Below, one piece after another: positions 39,516 through 47,307 of a DNA stretch of 64,000 nt (position 1 is the first letter of the stretch; each line of letters begins with the position of its first letter). The position numbers and the translations under genes were made by a program. Under the pieces are notes generated by a model. It was given only the letters and a program-made list of their open reading frames with translations, had not been told where the DNA came from and did no database searches. The DNA is from an uncultured Lachnospiraceae bacterium (GTDB taxonomy: Bacteria; Bacillota; Clostridia; Oscillospirales; CAG-272), in the NCBI GenBank assembly GCA_964570825.1, contig CAZMZJ010000011.1, positions 3,339 through 67,338 of the forward strand, read 5' to 3'.

Positions 39516-39797
39516 AAAACAAAAATGCCCGTCTCATACAATGAGACGGACATATAATATCCGCGGTACCACTCATATTGCGCAAAAAGCGCCTCTTGAA
39601 ACCCTAACAGGCTCATGCCTTAACGCGGCGTACGTGCAACGATTACTATCAAACAAATTTGAATTCATCTTACCGACTCGGAAGCGATAGCGATTATAAT
39701 TTAATTAAATAAAATATTCTTCGCCGCGTGCTCGCACCGCCCGCACGCTCTCTTGAGGCTCCGAATATCCGCCTTCTTCGTCACAGTCTTTAATAAA
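39516..39797 (-). promoter_or_regulatory. T-box riboswitch leader 2 (inferred specifier AUC, Ile)
   Basis: On the minus strand: ATTAAAGACTGTGACGAAGAA (identical to leader 1), AGAGAG, GCGGTGCGA, CTTCCGAGTCGGT, CCGCGTTAAGGC, GAGTGGTACCGCGGATA. Terminator CCGTCTCAT-TGT-ATGAGACGG followed by a T-rich tail. Confidence 0.85.
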
Positions 39798-39805
39798 TTA
39801 TTATT

Positions 39806-39834
39806 ATTATAACAAAGCGGCGCGCGCTTGTCAA
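39806..39834 (-). promoter_or_regulatory. Consensus sigma-A promoter of T-box leader 2
   Basis: On the minus strand: TTGACA, a 17-nt spacer, then TATAAT. Confidence 0.7.
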
Positions 39835-39875
39835 GAGCTAAATATAAAATTATTCCGAGCAGATTTGATTCCGCT

Positions 39876-40541
39876 TCACCCCAATGGTTTGTATCCGGCG
39901 CGCGCATACTGGTCTGGCATCAGCCAGTGCTCCTCGGTCGGTTCAAGCTCGCCCCCGGCGTTGATATCCCATACGGCTACACAATATATTTCACTTTCGG
40001 AATAATAGGTTATGCACTCCTTCTTTATCGCGGCAAGCGCGCCCTGACGCCATTCATAGGTGACAGTGCCTTCCTCGTCGATGTATGTCTCGGGCTCCGT
40101 GCCGACGGTGGGCTCGACAGTGTGTTTTTTGTACTGTGCCGAAATAGTCTTTGTGCTGCTGTCGAACACCGGGGAAAGAAGAGAATCGAGGGTTTTATCG
40201 GTGCTGAAGGCCTTCGATACGGGATCCCAGAGCCAAAAGCTGTATCTTGTACCTTCCTCCCCGTAAAAGGCAGCAAGGCATATGTCGTAAGAACCGTCAA
40301 AGTTGGCGTCAACAAAATTAAAACCGTAGTCCGGAGCGCCGGCCGCGGCTCCTTCAGTCTTGAATGACGCGATCGTCTTCTCACCGGCTGTCACTTTTAT
40401 CTGTTTGACCGATACGGTGCCGTAAAGCCGGCAGGTGTAATCGCCGCAGCTGAATTCTGCAAGCGGACTGAAATACGCGCAGGAGTTGAGCCCGGCGGAA
40501 ATTATTATTGTTATGAGCAGGGTCGCAGCACGAAAACGCAT
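39876..40541 (-). CDS. Hypothetical lipoprotein
   Basis: 221 aa with a signal peptide and lipobox (ISAGLNSC). No recognisable domain. Confidence 0.55.
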   Translation of the reverse strand: MRFRAATLLITIIISAGLNSCAYFSPLAEFSCGDYTCRLYGTVSVKQIKVTAGEKTIASFKTEGAAAGAPDYGFNFVDANFDGSYDICLAAFYGEEGTRYSFWLWDPVSKAFSTDKTLDSLLSPVFDSSTKTISAQYKKHTVEPTVGTEPETYIDEEGTVTYEWRQGALAAIKKECITYYSESEIYCVAVWDINAGGELEPTEEHWLMPDQYARAGYKPLG

Positions 40542-40661
40542 GATAGTTGAAACCCGCCTTTCTGTATTTGTATATTATTATACCGCAGAATGTCCCGGTG
40601 TAAAGCGGAAACGGCAAAAAACTTTGCGCAGAAAGTAAAAAAGTTTTTTCGGGAAAAGATA

Positions 40662-40690
40662 TTGACAACGAAAAAAGCATATGTTATAAT
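40662..40690 (+). promoter_or_regulatory. Consensus sigma-A promoter of the tRNA pair
   Basis: TTGACA (40662-40667), a 17-nt spacer, then TATAAT (40685-40690). Confidence 0.7.
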
Positions 40691-40754
40691 AATGACCGTT
40701 CCGGCTGACAAACCGGACTAAAACAGCGGGAGTCGCCTGCTGCAAATAATATTT

Positions 40755-40829
40755 GCTGGTGTGGCTCAATGGCAGAGCAGCTGATTTGTAATCAGCAGGT
40801 TGATGGTTCGACTCCGTTCACCAGCTCCA
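40755..40829 (+). tRNA. tRNA-Thr (anticodon UGU), CCA encoded
   Basis: Manual cloverleaf: acceptor GCTGGTG/CACCAGC, D arm GCTC-AATGGCA-GAGC, anticodon arm GCTGA-TTTGTAA-TCAGC, T loop TTCGACT. It closely resembles Bacillus tRNA-Thr(UGU). Confidence 0.88.
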
Positions 40830-40832
40830 TAT

Positions 40833-40918
40833 GGGGGAATTCCCGAGCGGCCAATGGGGGCAGACTGTAAATCTGTTGTCTTATGACTTCGGTGGTCCGA
40901 ATCCACCTTCCCCCACCA
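40833..40918 (+). tRNA. tRNA-Tyr (anticodon GUA), long variable arm, CCA encoded
   Basis: Acceptor GGGGGAA/TTCCCCC, anticodon loop CTGTAAA, long variable arm, T arm GGTGG-TCCGAAT-CCACC. Confidence 0.9.
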
Positions 40919-40948
40919 TATTGTGCATCACAAAAAGATGCCACCCGA

Positions 40949-40975
40949 AAAACCGAGGATTTCCTCGGTTTTTCT
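40949..40975 (+). terminator. Terminator after the tRNA pair
   Basis: AAAACCGAGGA-TTT-CCTCGGTTTTT. Confidence 0.7.
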
Positions 40976-41089
40976 CGTTTTATCTCCGTTTTCCTCGCTT
41001 TTTCAAAAATCAACTTTTCATGCAAATAAAAAGATGCCAAACGCCGTTTTCACCCACGAGGGTGGATTCGGACTACCGAATACCCTTTT

Positions 41090-41136
41090 AAGGGCAGATT
41101 CACGTGTTTTTCAACACAGAATCTGCCCTTTTTTTC
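41090..41136 (+). terminator. Second strong hairpin with T-run in the tRNA / island junction
   Basis: AAGGGCAGATTC...GAATCTGCCCTT followed by T7, with an inner GTGTT/AACAC extension. Confidence 0.6.
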
Positions 41137-41301
41137 ATGCCAAAACGCAAATCTCATTGTTAATTCTTTGTGTCTTGCGAAAACCCTCTTGCACACGGAA
41201 AGAGGTTTGTACCAAAAGGTAGTACAAACCAAAACGTTGCAAAAAACGCTGAAAACATAATCAGTAATCAAATTCGACGATATAATAGAAAGGATGATTC
41301 A

Positions 41302-42168
41302 ATGATCAAAGTAATGATCCACAACGGCGAACGCAATTCTCTTGTCACCGAATTCCCGACTGCTCACCTAAAATTTGAAGAACAGCTTCATTCGCTCGGC
41401 GTATGGAATCCGCAAGGAGATATCTTCCCCAGCGACAATGAAGATGAAGCCATTCGTGTCAAGTTGTGGTCGGATGACACTTTCGGGAATATTCTTCTCG
41501 GTGCGGTTAAAGAAACAGATTCTCTCCGATCCATCAACACCATGTGCCGGACGGTTTGTTATCTCAAGTACAGTAAGTTCCTTGAACTCAAAGAAAAGCT
41601 GTCCGACACGCCGCCCGAATCAATCAAAGATGTCTTCGCCGCTGTTAAAACCGTAAATACGCCAACGGTTTCTTTCAAACTGTATTCTCCTCTCGAAATC
41701 AATATGGAGGTCAGAAACGAGTATGGCGATATCGAAGAAGACTATGAACCGATCCTGCCTAAGTACGCCACAGCATACGAAAGCATCATAAACTCAGCGA
41801 TTCTCAAAGACCTCTACAGTGATTCGGAAACTCGCGCAATCGGACTTGCTCCGTATATTGATGATGATCTGACCGACAAAATCAAATCGGCGTTCCCATC
41901 GGTCGAGGATGTCGACGGATGTCTGTACGGTGTGCTTTCGGTTGAAGCTTACAGCACACTTACAGAAGACGAGATGGAACGCTTGAAAGAAGGATGGTCG
42001 GGACAGATGAGTGATGGCTGGGGCGAAGGCTTCGAGCAGCATCCCATTATGACCGATGACGGTGATATTCTCGTTTCCTTCTGGCACAGCGGTGATGACT
42101 ACTCTGTATTTGACGAGGATGAATTCCAAGACTACCTCGCCGATCAGGACGGAGGAATGAAACTGTGA
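41302..42168 (+). CDS. Hypothetical acidic protein (first gene of the coupled operon)
   Basis: 288 aa from the ATG at 41302 (RBS AAAGGA), rich in D/E. The stop overlaps the next gene's GTG start (GTGA). Confidence 0.6.
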   Translation: MIKVMIHNGERNSLVTEFPTAHLKFEEQLHSLGVWNPQGDIFPSDNEDEAIRVKLWSDDTFGNILLGAVKETDSLRSINTMCRTVCYLKYSKFLELKEKLSDTPPESIKDVFAAVKTVNTPTVSFKLYSPLEINMEVRNEYGDIEEDYEPILPKYATAYESIINSAILKDLYSDSETRAIGLAPYIDDDLTDKIKSAFPSVEDVDGCLYGVLSVEAYSTLTEDEMERLKEGWSGQMSDGWGEGFEQHPIMTDDGDILVSFWHSGDDYSVFDEDEFQDYLADQDGGMKL

Positions 42169-42512
42169 GTATTCTGTTTTCTCAGGTTACACTTAACGAT
42201 AGCAACGAGGAATGCGAGTTTCTCATGTCCGGTATTCCCCGCGAAGCCGACGATATGTCCGGCTGGACTGCATACGAAAACTTCATGGAAGGCGTCGAAG
42301 ATGAATCCGAAGTTGCCGTTCACGTCGAAGCATATCTTTACGGCGGCGGTGAAACCGTGAGAGCAACACCCGAAGAAGTCGCGTATATGTACAGCCGAAT
42401 TACGAATAACCCGAACTTCCTCTCAGACCGATGTGACAATATCGAAGATGTGTATTTCACGATCCCGTGGTCACAGGACGAACTGTTTGGGCAAGACTTT
42501 GTAGAACTGTGA
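42165..42512 (+). CDS. Hypothetical acidic protein
   Basis: 115 aa, translationally coupled, with a GTG start. Confidence 0.5.
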   Translation: MSILFSQVTLNDSNEECEFLMSGIPREADDMSGWTAYENFMEGVEDESEVAVHVEAYLYGGGETVRATPEEVAYMYSRITNNPNFLSDRCDNIEDVYFTIPWSQDELFGQDFVEL

Positions 42513-42513
42513 G

Positions 42514-42924
42514 GTGATGTTCTTGAACTTTTTTGAGCATGAAATGCGTGTTCTCTTCGGAGAATCCGAACTGCTCTCCGCCGATACCGTGTTCACTGGT
42601 AAGACTGCAATCGGTAAGCTCGACGATGATGTGCGAGCGAAGCTGCAGTTTACCGCAACAAGCATTGCAAACCAATATGACGCGATCAAGCTGACTGTAA
42701 TCAACCGTAAGGACGGAGTGATTGACAGTCAGCTTTTTCGTTTCTCTGATATCATCGGCAACAAGAACGGCTACAACCCGCATATCTGGGAAGACGGCAG
42801 TAATATTAGTTGGTACGGCTTCAAGCCTTCTGCCGTCGAGTATGACCGCATCAGCAATACGATACAGGAATACATGGCGATGTTCGCGAGTGAGGATATG
42901 AACTACTCCGGACCGTCGCTGTGA
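42514..42924 (+). CDS. Hypothetical protein
   Basis: 136 aa. GTG start at 42514 or ATG at 42517, 1 nt after the upstream stop. Confidence 0.5.
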   Translation: MMFLNFFEHEMRVLFGESELLSADTVFTGKTAIGKLDDDVRAKLQFTATSIANQYDAIKLTVINRKDGVIDSQLFRFSDIIGNKNGYNPHIWEDGSNISWYGFKPSAVEYDRISNTIQEYMAMFASEDMNYSGPSL

Positions 42925-42938
42925 GAAAGGATGAGTAA

Positions 42939-43667
42939 ATGACAGTAAATGAACTGGAACGAATCCGCGCTCATTATCCCATCGGAACGCGGATAGAATT
43001 ACTGAGCATGGAAGATCAATATGCACCGATCCAACCCGGAACACGCGGTTCTGTGGCAGCCATCGACGATATGGGAACCTTGCACATGAAGTGGGATAAC
43101 GGTCGAACGCTCGGTGTTGTTCCCGGCGTCGATCAGTTCCGCAAACTCAGCATGGAAGAAATTGCGGAGGAAAAGCTCGACAAATATCTCTCCTGCCTTC
43201 AGAATGAAGTGTTTCCGCTTGTGGACTTCGGATATTTGCAAACAAGTTATGAAAACCACGATACCGAATATCCCAACGAAATTCTCGGTAAGATGCACTC
43301 CAAACTGACCGAAATATACGGCAGAGACAAATTCGATGAAGACGATTGCGATGTCCTCCTCCCCGCGGTGATCAGACAGATAAACGGAGATAAGGAGTAT
43401 ATCGGTCTCGTTCAGCTTTCGCTTCAGGACAGCGGCGAACACTTCGGGACGATCCTTCTGACACAGGACGGAGCGTTGTCGAGCGAATGGACTGACCTGT
43501 CCGACGAGCAGAAAGCTATATGGAAAGACCTCGGTCGCTACGATTACTTCTATACGGGAGAGATCGAGAACGATATCCATGTCGATTGGCGAGACTGTCC
43601 CGATGAGCTGTTCAACCGTCTCGAAGGTATCCGCGATCAGAGCGGCGGAGGGATGCAGCTTACATGA
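42939..43667 (+). CDS. DUF4314-like N-terminal domain protein (conjugative-element associated)
   Basis: The N-terminus YPIGTRIELLSMEDQYAPIQPGTRGSVAAIDDMGTLHMKWDNGRTLGVVPGVDQF matches my recollection of the DUF4314 pattern. The C-terminal half is unknown. Confidence 0.6.
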   Translation: MTVNELERIRAHYPIGTRIELLSMEDQYAPIQPGTRGSVAAIDDMGTLHMKWDNGRTLGVVPGVDQFRKLSMEEIAEEKLDKYLSCLQNEVFPLVDFGYLQTSYENHDTEYPNEILGKMHSKLTEIYGRDKFDEDDCDVLLPAVIRQINGDKEYIGLVQLSLQDSGEHFGTILLTQDGALSSEWTDLSDEQKAIWKDLGRYDYFYTGEIENDIHVDWRDCPDELFNRLEGIRDQSGGGMQLT

Positions 43668-44779
43668 AAATCAAATACCTTGATATGTTCGCCGGTGCGG
43701 GCGGATTCCGAACAGGACTCCAACACTCCGGCGATTTTTTTATGCCTGTCGGCTGGTGCGAAATAGACCGATTCGCGCAAAAAGCTTACAGAGCTTTATA
43801 TGAAACGGATGGTGAATATTTTTGTGAAGACGCAAGAGCAATCAACACAGACGATGTCCCCGACATCGACCTCATCTGCGCCGGATTTCCTTGTCAGCCG
43901 TTTTCAGTATCCGGTCGAAGACTTGGCTTCGATGACACGCGAGGTACTCTCTTTCACGAAATCTGCCGAGTGGCTAAAGCCCGGCGACCTGCTTATCTTT
44001 TGCTTGAAAACGTGCCGGGGCTACTCAATCACCAGGGCGGGAAAACCTTCGGAGTTATCATCTCCGCGCTTCATGAGTTGGGGTATGATCTCGAATGGTG
44101 TGTGCTTAACAGCTCGAATTTCGGAGTGCCGCAACAACGGCGGCGAGTATACATTGTCGGATATCTTGATCGTCGACTGTCCGGAAAAGTATTTCCTCTC
44201 GCCCAAAGCAATGGCGCGGCTCTTACGCAACTTATACCCGGAGGACAAGGACAGCGAGTGTACTCCACCGAAGGGGCAAGCACATGTCTGACTTCACAAG
44301 GTGGCGGCTGGGGCGCAAAAACGGGATTGTACTTTGTGGATATGAACCCCGATCCGCGAGTTACATCCGAAGCGCGAACTATCACCGCAAGGCAGGATTC
44401 GGGTATAAGCAATCATCGCGGAGAGCATTCCGGCGTTCTCATCACAGGAGCAAGAGCCGTGCTGACACCGGAAAGAGAAACCGTAAGGCAACAAGGAAGG
44501 CGGATGAAAGAGCCTGACGAGCCGATGTTTACGCTCACGGCGCAGGACAAGCACGGCGTTGAGTATAACGGACTCGTGCGACGCTTGATGCCGCAGGAGT
44601 GCTTCCGCTTACAGGGATACAGCGACGAACAGTTTGAAAAGCTCGTTGCCGCAGGTATTCCCGAAGCGCAGTTATATAAACTCGCCGGCAATTCGGTCAC
44701 GACCAATGTTGTGACCGCTGTCGGCAATAAGCTGATCGAAGAAATTCAGAAACTCGGAGGTGTGATATGGAAAGACTGA
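43664..44779 (+). CDS. dcm: DNA (cytosine-5)-methyltransferase, orphan
   Basis: Motif I DMFAGAGGF, IV GFPCQPFS, VI LLENVPGL, VIII QRRRVYIVG, X AGNSV. No adjacent endonuclease or Vsr-like ORF. Confidence 0.92.
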   Translation: MKIKYLDMFAGAGGFRTGLQHSGDFFMPVGWCEIDRFAQKAYRALYETDGEYFCEDARAINTDDVPDIDLICAGFPCQPFSVSGRRLGFDDTRGTLFHEICRVAKARRPAYLLLENVPGLLNHQGGKTFGVIISALHELGYDLEWCVLNSSNFGVPQQRRRVYIVGYLDRRLSGKVFPLAQSNGAALTQLIPGGQGQRVYSTEGASTCLTSQGGGWGAKTGLYFVDMNPDPRVTSEARTITARQDSGISNHRGEHSGVLITGARAVLTPERETVRQQGRRMKEPDEPMFTLTAQDKHGVEYNGLVRRLMPQECFRLQGYSDEQFEKLVAAGIPEAQLYKLAGNSVTTNVVTAVGNKLIEEIQKLGGVIWKD

Positions 44780-45147
44780 TGACTCATAAAGAATTCGTCA
44801 ACTCGGCGGTGATGATAAGGGTTGAACTTCGTTCCCTTGAAGGAGCAAATCCCAAAGAAGCGAAAATCATCCGCGCGACGATAGCCAAGCAAATAGACAA
44901 TATCCGCGAATCCTTCATTGACAAAGAAAACAACTTCGTCAAGTGGCTTCACGGCGAGGTCTGCTCCTTTGTTCATCCGGAAACCGGAAACAGAATCGAT
45001 GTTCAGATCGGTGACGATTATGAAGCTATTTACGATTTTCTCATTTACTGCCGTATGCTCAACGAGGGAGAAAAGATTGACGATTGCTTTGCGGAATATC
45101 TTGCGTACCTTATCAGCCGAAGCAACTACGAAAAGGAGGACTGCTGA
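44767..45147 (+). CDS. Hypothetical protein
   Basis: 126 aa. The start lies within the dcm 3' end, after GGAGG. Confidence 0.5.
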   Translation: MERLMTHKEFVNSAVMIRVELRSLEGANPKEAKIIRATIAKQIDNIRESFIDKENNFVKWLHGEVCSFVHPETGNRIDVQIGDDYEAIYDFLIYCRMLNEGEKIDDCFAEYLAYLISRSNYEKEDC

Positions 45148-46199
45148 TGCCCAATCATGTAAGAAATACGATCCATATTGATTGCAGCGAGGAACGCCTG
45201 CGCGAAATCCTCGAAGCAATCCAATACGACGATAACGGTGATCACCGCGAATGCGGACTCGGAACAATTGACTTCAACAAAATCATTCCGATGCCGCCGA
45301 GTTTGAATATTGAAGCCGGAAGTTCGACCGACCGCGGATTGAAAGCATACCGCGATTTCATTGATGTGTACACTCTTATGGGAACACGCACCGGACTTGA
45401 TCTTTTGAATATTCCGAAGGAAAGCGAAGAAGCGTTTCTGAAAGCCCGTACCGATGTCGAGCGCAGGGACTTCGATCTCGGCAGAACCGCATTTAAGAAC
45501 ATTCAGGAGTACGGTGCTGACACATGGTATGACTGGTCGATTCGGAATTGGGGTACGAAGTGGAATTCGTATGATCCTGATGAGTATCACGGCGGTCACG
45601 ATATAGGCTTCTCCACCGCTTGGTCGGCTCCTCATCCGATCCTCCATAAACTCATGGAGATGTGCCCCGACGCGGAAATCACGCACCGTTGGGCAGACGA
45701 AGACCTCGGTCAGAACTGCGGTGAGATTTTTTACTCAGACGGTTTGATCGACGAGAATATTCCCGATGACGGCTCAAAGGAAGCTCAAGACCTTGCCTTC
45801 GAAATGTGGGGAGAAACGCCGGAAGAACTCGGCTATGCTCTTTCCGCTGACGGCAGTAGATATATCTATACCGAATGTGAAGAATATGACCTCATCGAAA
45901 TATGCGGTCAGCCCGCTCTGTTCGATAACGGTCGATTCACAGACGAAAACACTCCCGCAGGACTCTATCATTATGATCTGCGGCAGAGTGATACCGGCGA
46001 CGGTTTCGCAACGATTGAGCCGAAAGTCAGAGTCAATCACGGCGGCAGCGTCGTTATGAACGAGGCGCTTGACTTTGGAACGCAGGGGTATATCGCGCTC
46101 ACCGATGAAACAAGCCCGAACTTCCTCGGCGAAAAGCTGTCTCTCCGTCAGTTTTTGAACGGAGATTTTGAACAGGACGGAGGTGTAAAGCTTGAGTGA
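45147..46199 (+). CDS. Hypothetical 350-aa protein, N-terminal region with NWGTKWN motif
   Basis: ATG at 45147 overlaps the upstream stop (TGATG) after AAGGAGG. MPNHVRNTI... and WYDWSIRNWGTKWN are reminiscent of a ferredoxin-fold family seen on plasmids (DUF1281-like, from memory, unverified). Confidence 0.5.
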   Translation: MPNHVRNTIHIDCSEERLREILEAIQYDDNGDHRECGLGTIDFNKIIPMPPSLNIEAGSSTDRGLKAYRDFIDVYTLMGTRTGLDLLNIPKESEEAFLKARTDVERRDFDLGRTAFKNIQEYGADTWYDWSIRNWGTKWNSYDPDEYHGGHDIGFSTAWSAPHPILHKLMEMCPDAEITHRWADEDLGQNCGEIFYSDGLIDENIPDDGSKEAQDLAFEMWGETPEELGYALSADGSRYIYTECEEYDLIEICGQPALFDNGRFTDENTPAGLYHYDLRQSDTGDGFATIEPKVRVNHGGSVVMNEALDFGTQGYIALTDETSPNFLGEKLSLRQFLNGDFEQDGGVKLE

Positions 46200-46779
46200 G
46201 ATAAAGAGAATCACAACCGACGATCTACGTCAGATGAGCGATTCGGAAGGTATCATCTTTCAAGGCTGCGGCGGTAACCTGCAGGAATGGCTTGACGGTA
46301 TCAACAGAACCTTTACTCAGGCAGAAATTCTGCGTGACGGCTCTGAGTTTTCCGCCGATGATGTCTTCGCGTTCAACAGCGACAAGCTGACCTGTCTTTT
46401 GTTCCGCTTCAACAGCGATCTGAACCTAAACATGGGAAAGCTCGCCATGTGGCGATTGCAGACGCACGAAAACTTCGGCGGGACTTGGCTTTCTGACTAT
46501 GTTCCCAACCATCTCGGAGGTTTTCTGACAGATCATCACCCACAGCAGAAGCCGGATTGCCCACTCCTCGGTGCTGACGGAAATATCTTCGATTTAATCG
46601 GTATAGCAAACCGGACGCTGAAAGAAAACGGCATGAAATCCGAAGCAAAAGAAATGTGCGACCGCATCACTTCCTCCGGCAGTTATGACGAAGCTCTCAG
46701 CATTATCGGTGAATATGTTAATATCACCGAAGTGGATGATCCTGTCGATGCCGAGAATATGGGAGGTATGGAATTATGA
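46192..46779 (+). CDS. Hypothetical protein
   Basis: 195 aa. The TTG start overlaps the upstream gene end. Confidence 0.45.
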   Translation: MSEIKRITTDDLRQMSDSEGIIFQGCGGNLQEWLDGINRTFTQAEILRDGSEFSADDVFAFNSDKLTCLLFRFNSDLNLNMGKLAMWRLQTHENFGGTWLSDYVPNHLGGFLTDHHPQQKPDCPLLGADGNIFDLIGIANRTLKENGMKSEAKEMCDRITSSGSYDEALSIIGEYVNITEVDDPVDAENMGGMEL

Positions 46780-47120
46780 CGCTGTATGACTTTACGAAAG
46801 CTAAGTATGAGTTGAAAAAAGATACCGGCATTGGCGACATCTATACCTCGCCGGACTTTCAATGCGATCAGACCGGCGGTTTTCCAGTTTCTCTCTGCGT
46901 CCTGTGGGACAAAGGCAAGGCTTGGCTCGAACTGAACGAAACACTCGTATATGACCGCGATTCCGAAGTACTTGATAGCTACGAAAAGCTCTGCGCCGAA
47001 TTCGGAATCAGGGATTGCCATGATACCGAGGACTTCAACAACATTCTCAAGGAACTCGGCGAGGATGCTTATCAGACCGCGTGGATTCCCGCCGAGAACG
47101 AGGACATGAACCTATGCTGA
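46776..47120 (+). CDS. Hypothetical acidic protein
   Basis: 114 aa. ATGA overlap with the upstream gene. Confidence 0.5.
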   Translation: MTLYDFTKAKYELKKDTGIGDIYTSPDFQCDQTGGFPVSLCVLWDKGKAWLELNETLVYDRDSEVLDSYEKLCAEFGIRDCHDTEDFNNILKELGEDAYQTAWIPAENEDMNLC

Positions 47121-47200
47121 ACTTTTTCCTCGGCTTGATCGCAGGCAGTACGCTCGGCGTGTGCATGATGTGTCTGTTTCAAATCAATAACCACAAATAA
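47114..47200 (+). CDS. 28-aa hydrophobic mini-protein (single TM helix)
   Basis: MLNFFLGLIAGSTLGVCMMCLFQINNHK. The ATG overlaps the upstream stop by 7 nt. A strong terminator follows directly. It is below the ORF-track length cutoff. Confidence 0.4.
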   Translation: MLNFFLGLIAGSTLGVCMMCLFQINNHK

Positions 47201-47214
47201 CTGAATACTATAAC

Positions 47215-47260
47215 GAGGTCGTTTTGCGTGTAGACAATACAGCAAAACGGCCTCTTTTTT
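47215..47260 (+). terminator. Rho-independent terminator closing the 10-gene operon
   Basis: GAGGTCGTTTTGC...GCAAAACGGCCTC followed by T6. Confidence 0.8.
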
Positions 47261-47307
47261 GTCTATACGCAAACGCCTCTCTCACAGAAAGGAGGCGCAA
47301 GCATGGG

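Noticed and set aside
40932-41039. 12-nt direct repeat AAAAAGATGCCA (40932-40943 and 41028-41039), considered as possible att core or target-site duplication
   Set aside because: It is too short and A-rich to be significant on its own. Both copies lie on the same side of the island, and nothing recognisable sits between them. It is kept only as a note within the junction finding.
41051-41136. Possible complete minus-strand tRNA or tmRNA-like gene around the inverted T-arm copy
   Set aside because: I found no acceptor stem, D arm or anticodon arm. The adjacent sequence folds as a simple terminator hairpin, so only a T-arm fragment is present.
41170-41301. GTG-initiated 44-aa N-terminal extension of the first island gene
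   Set aside because: The extension runs through the hairpin-dense non-coding junction and has no RBS. The ATG at 41302 is preceded by AAAGGA, and the protein reads naturally from MIKVMIHNG.
44767-45147. 126-aa ORF after dcm, considered as a Vsr-type mismatch endonuclease or a restriction partner
   Set aside because: It lacks the Vsr pattern (no FV.GCFWH-like motif) and any nuclease motif I can recognise. It is treated as hypothetical, and the methylase as an orphan.
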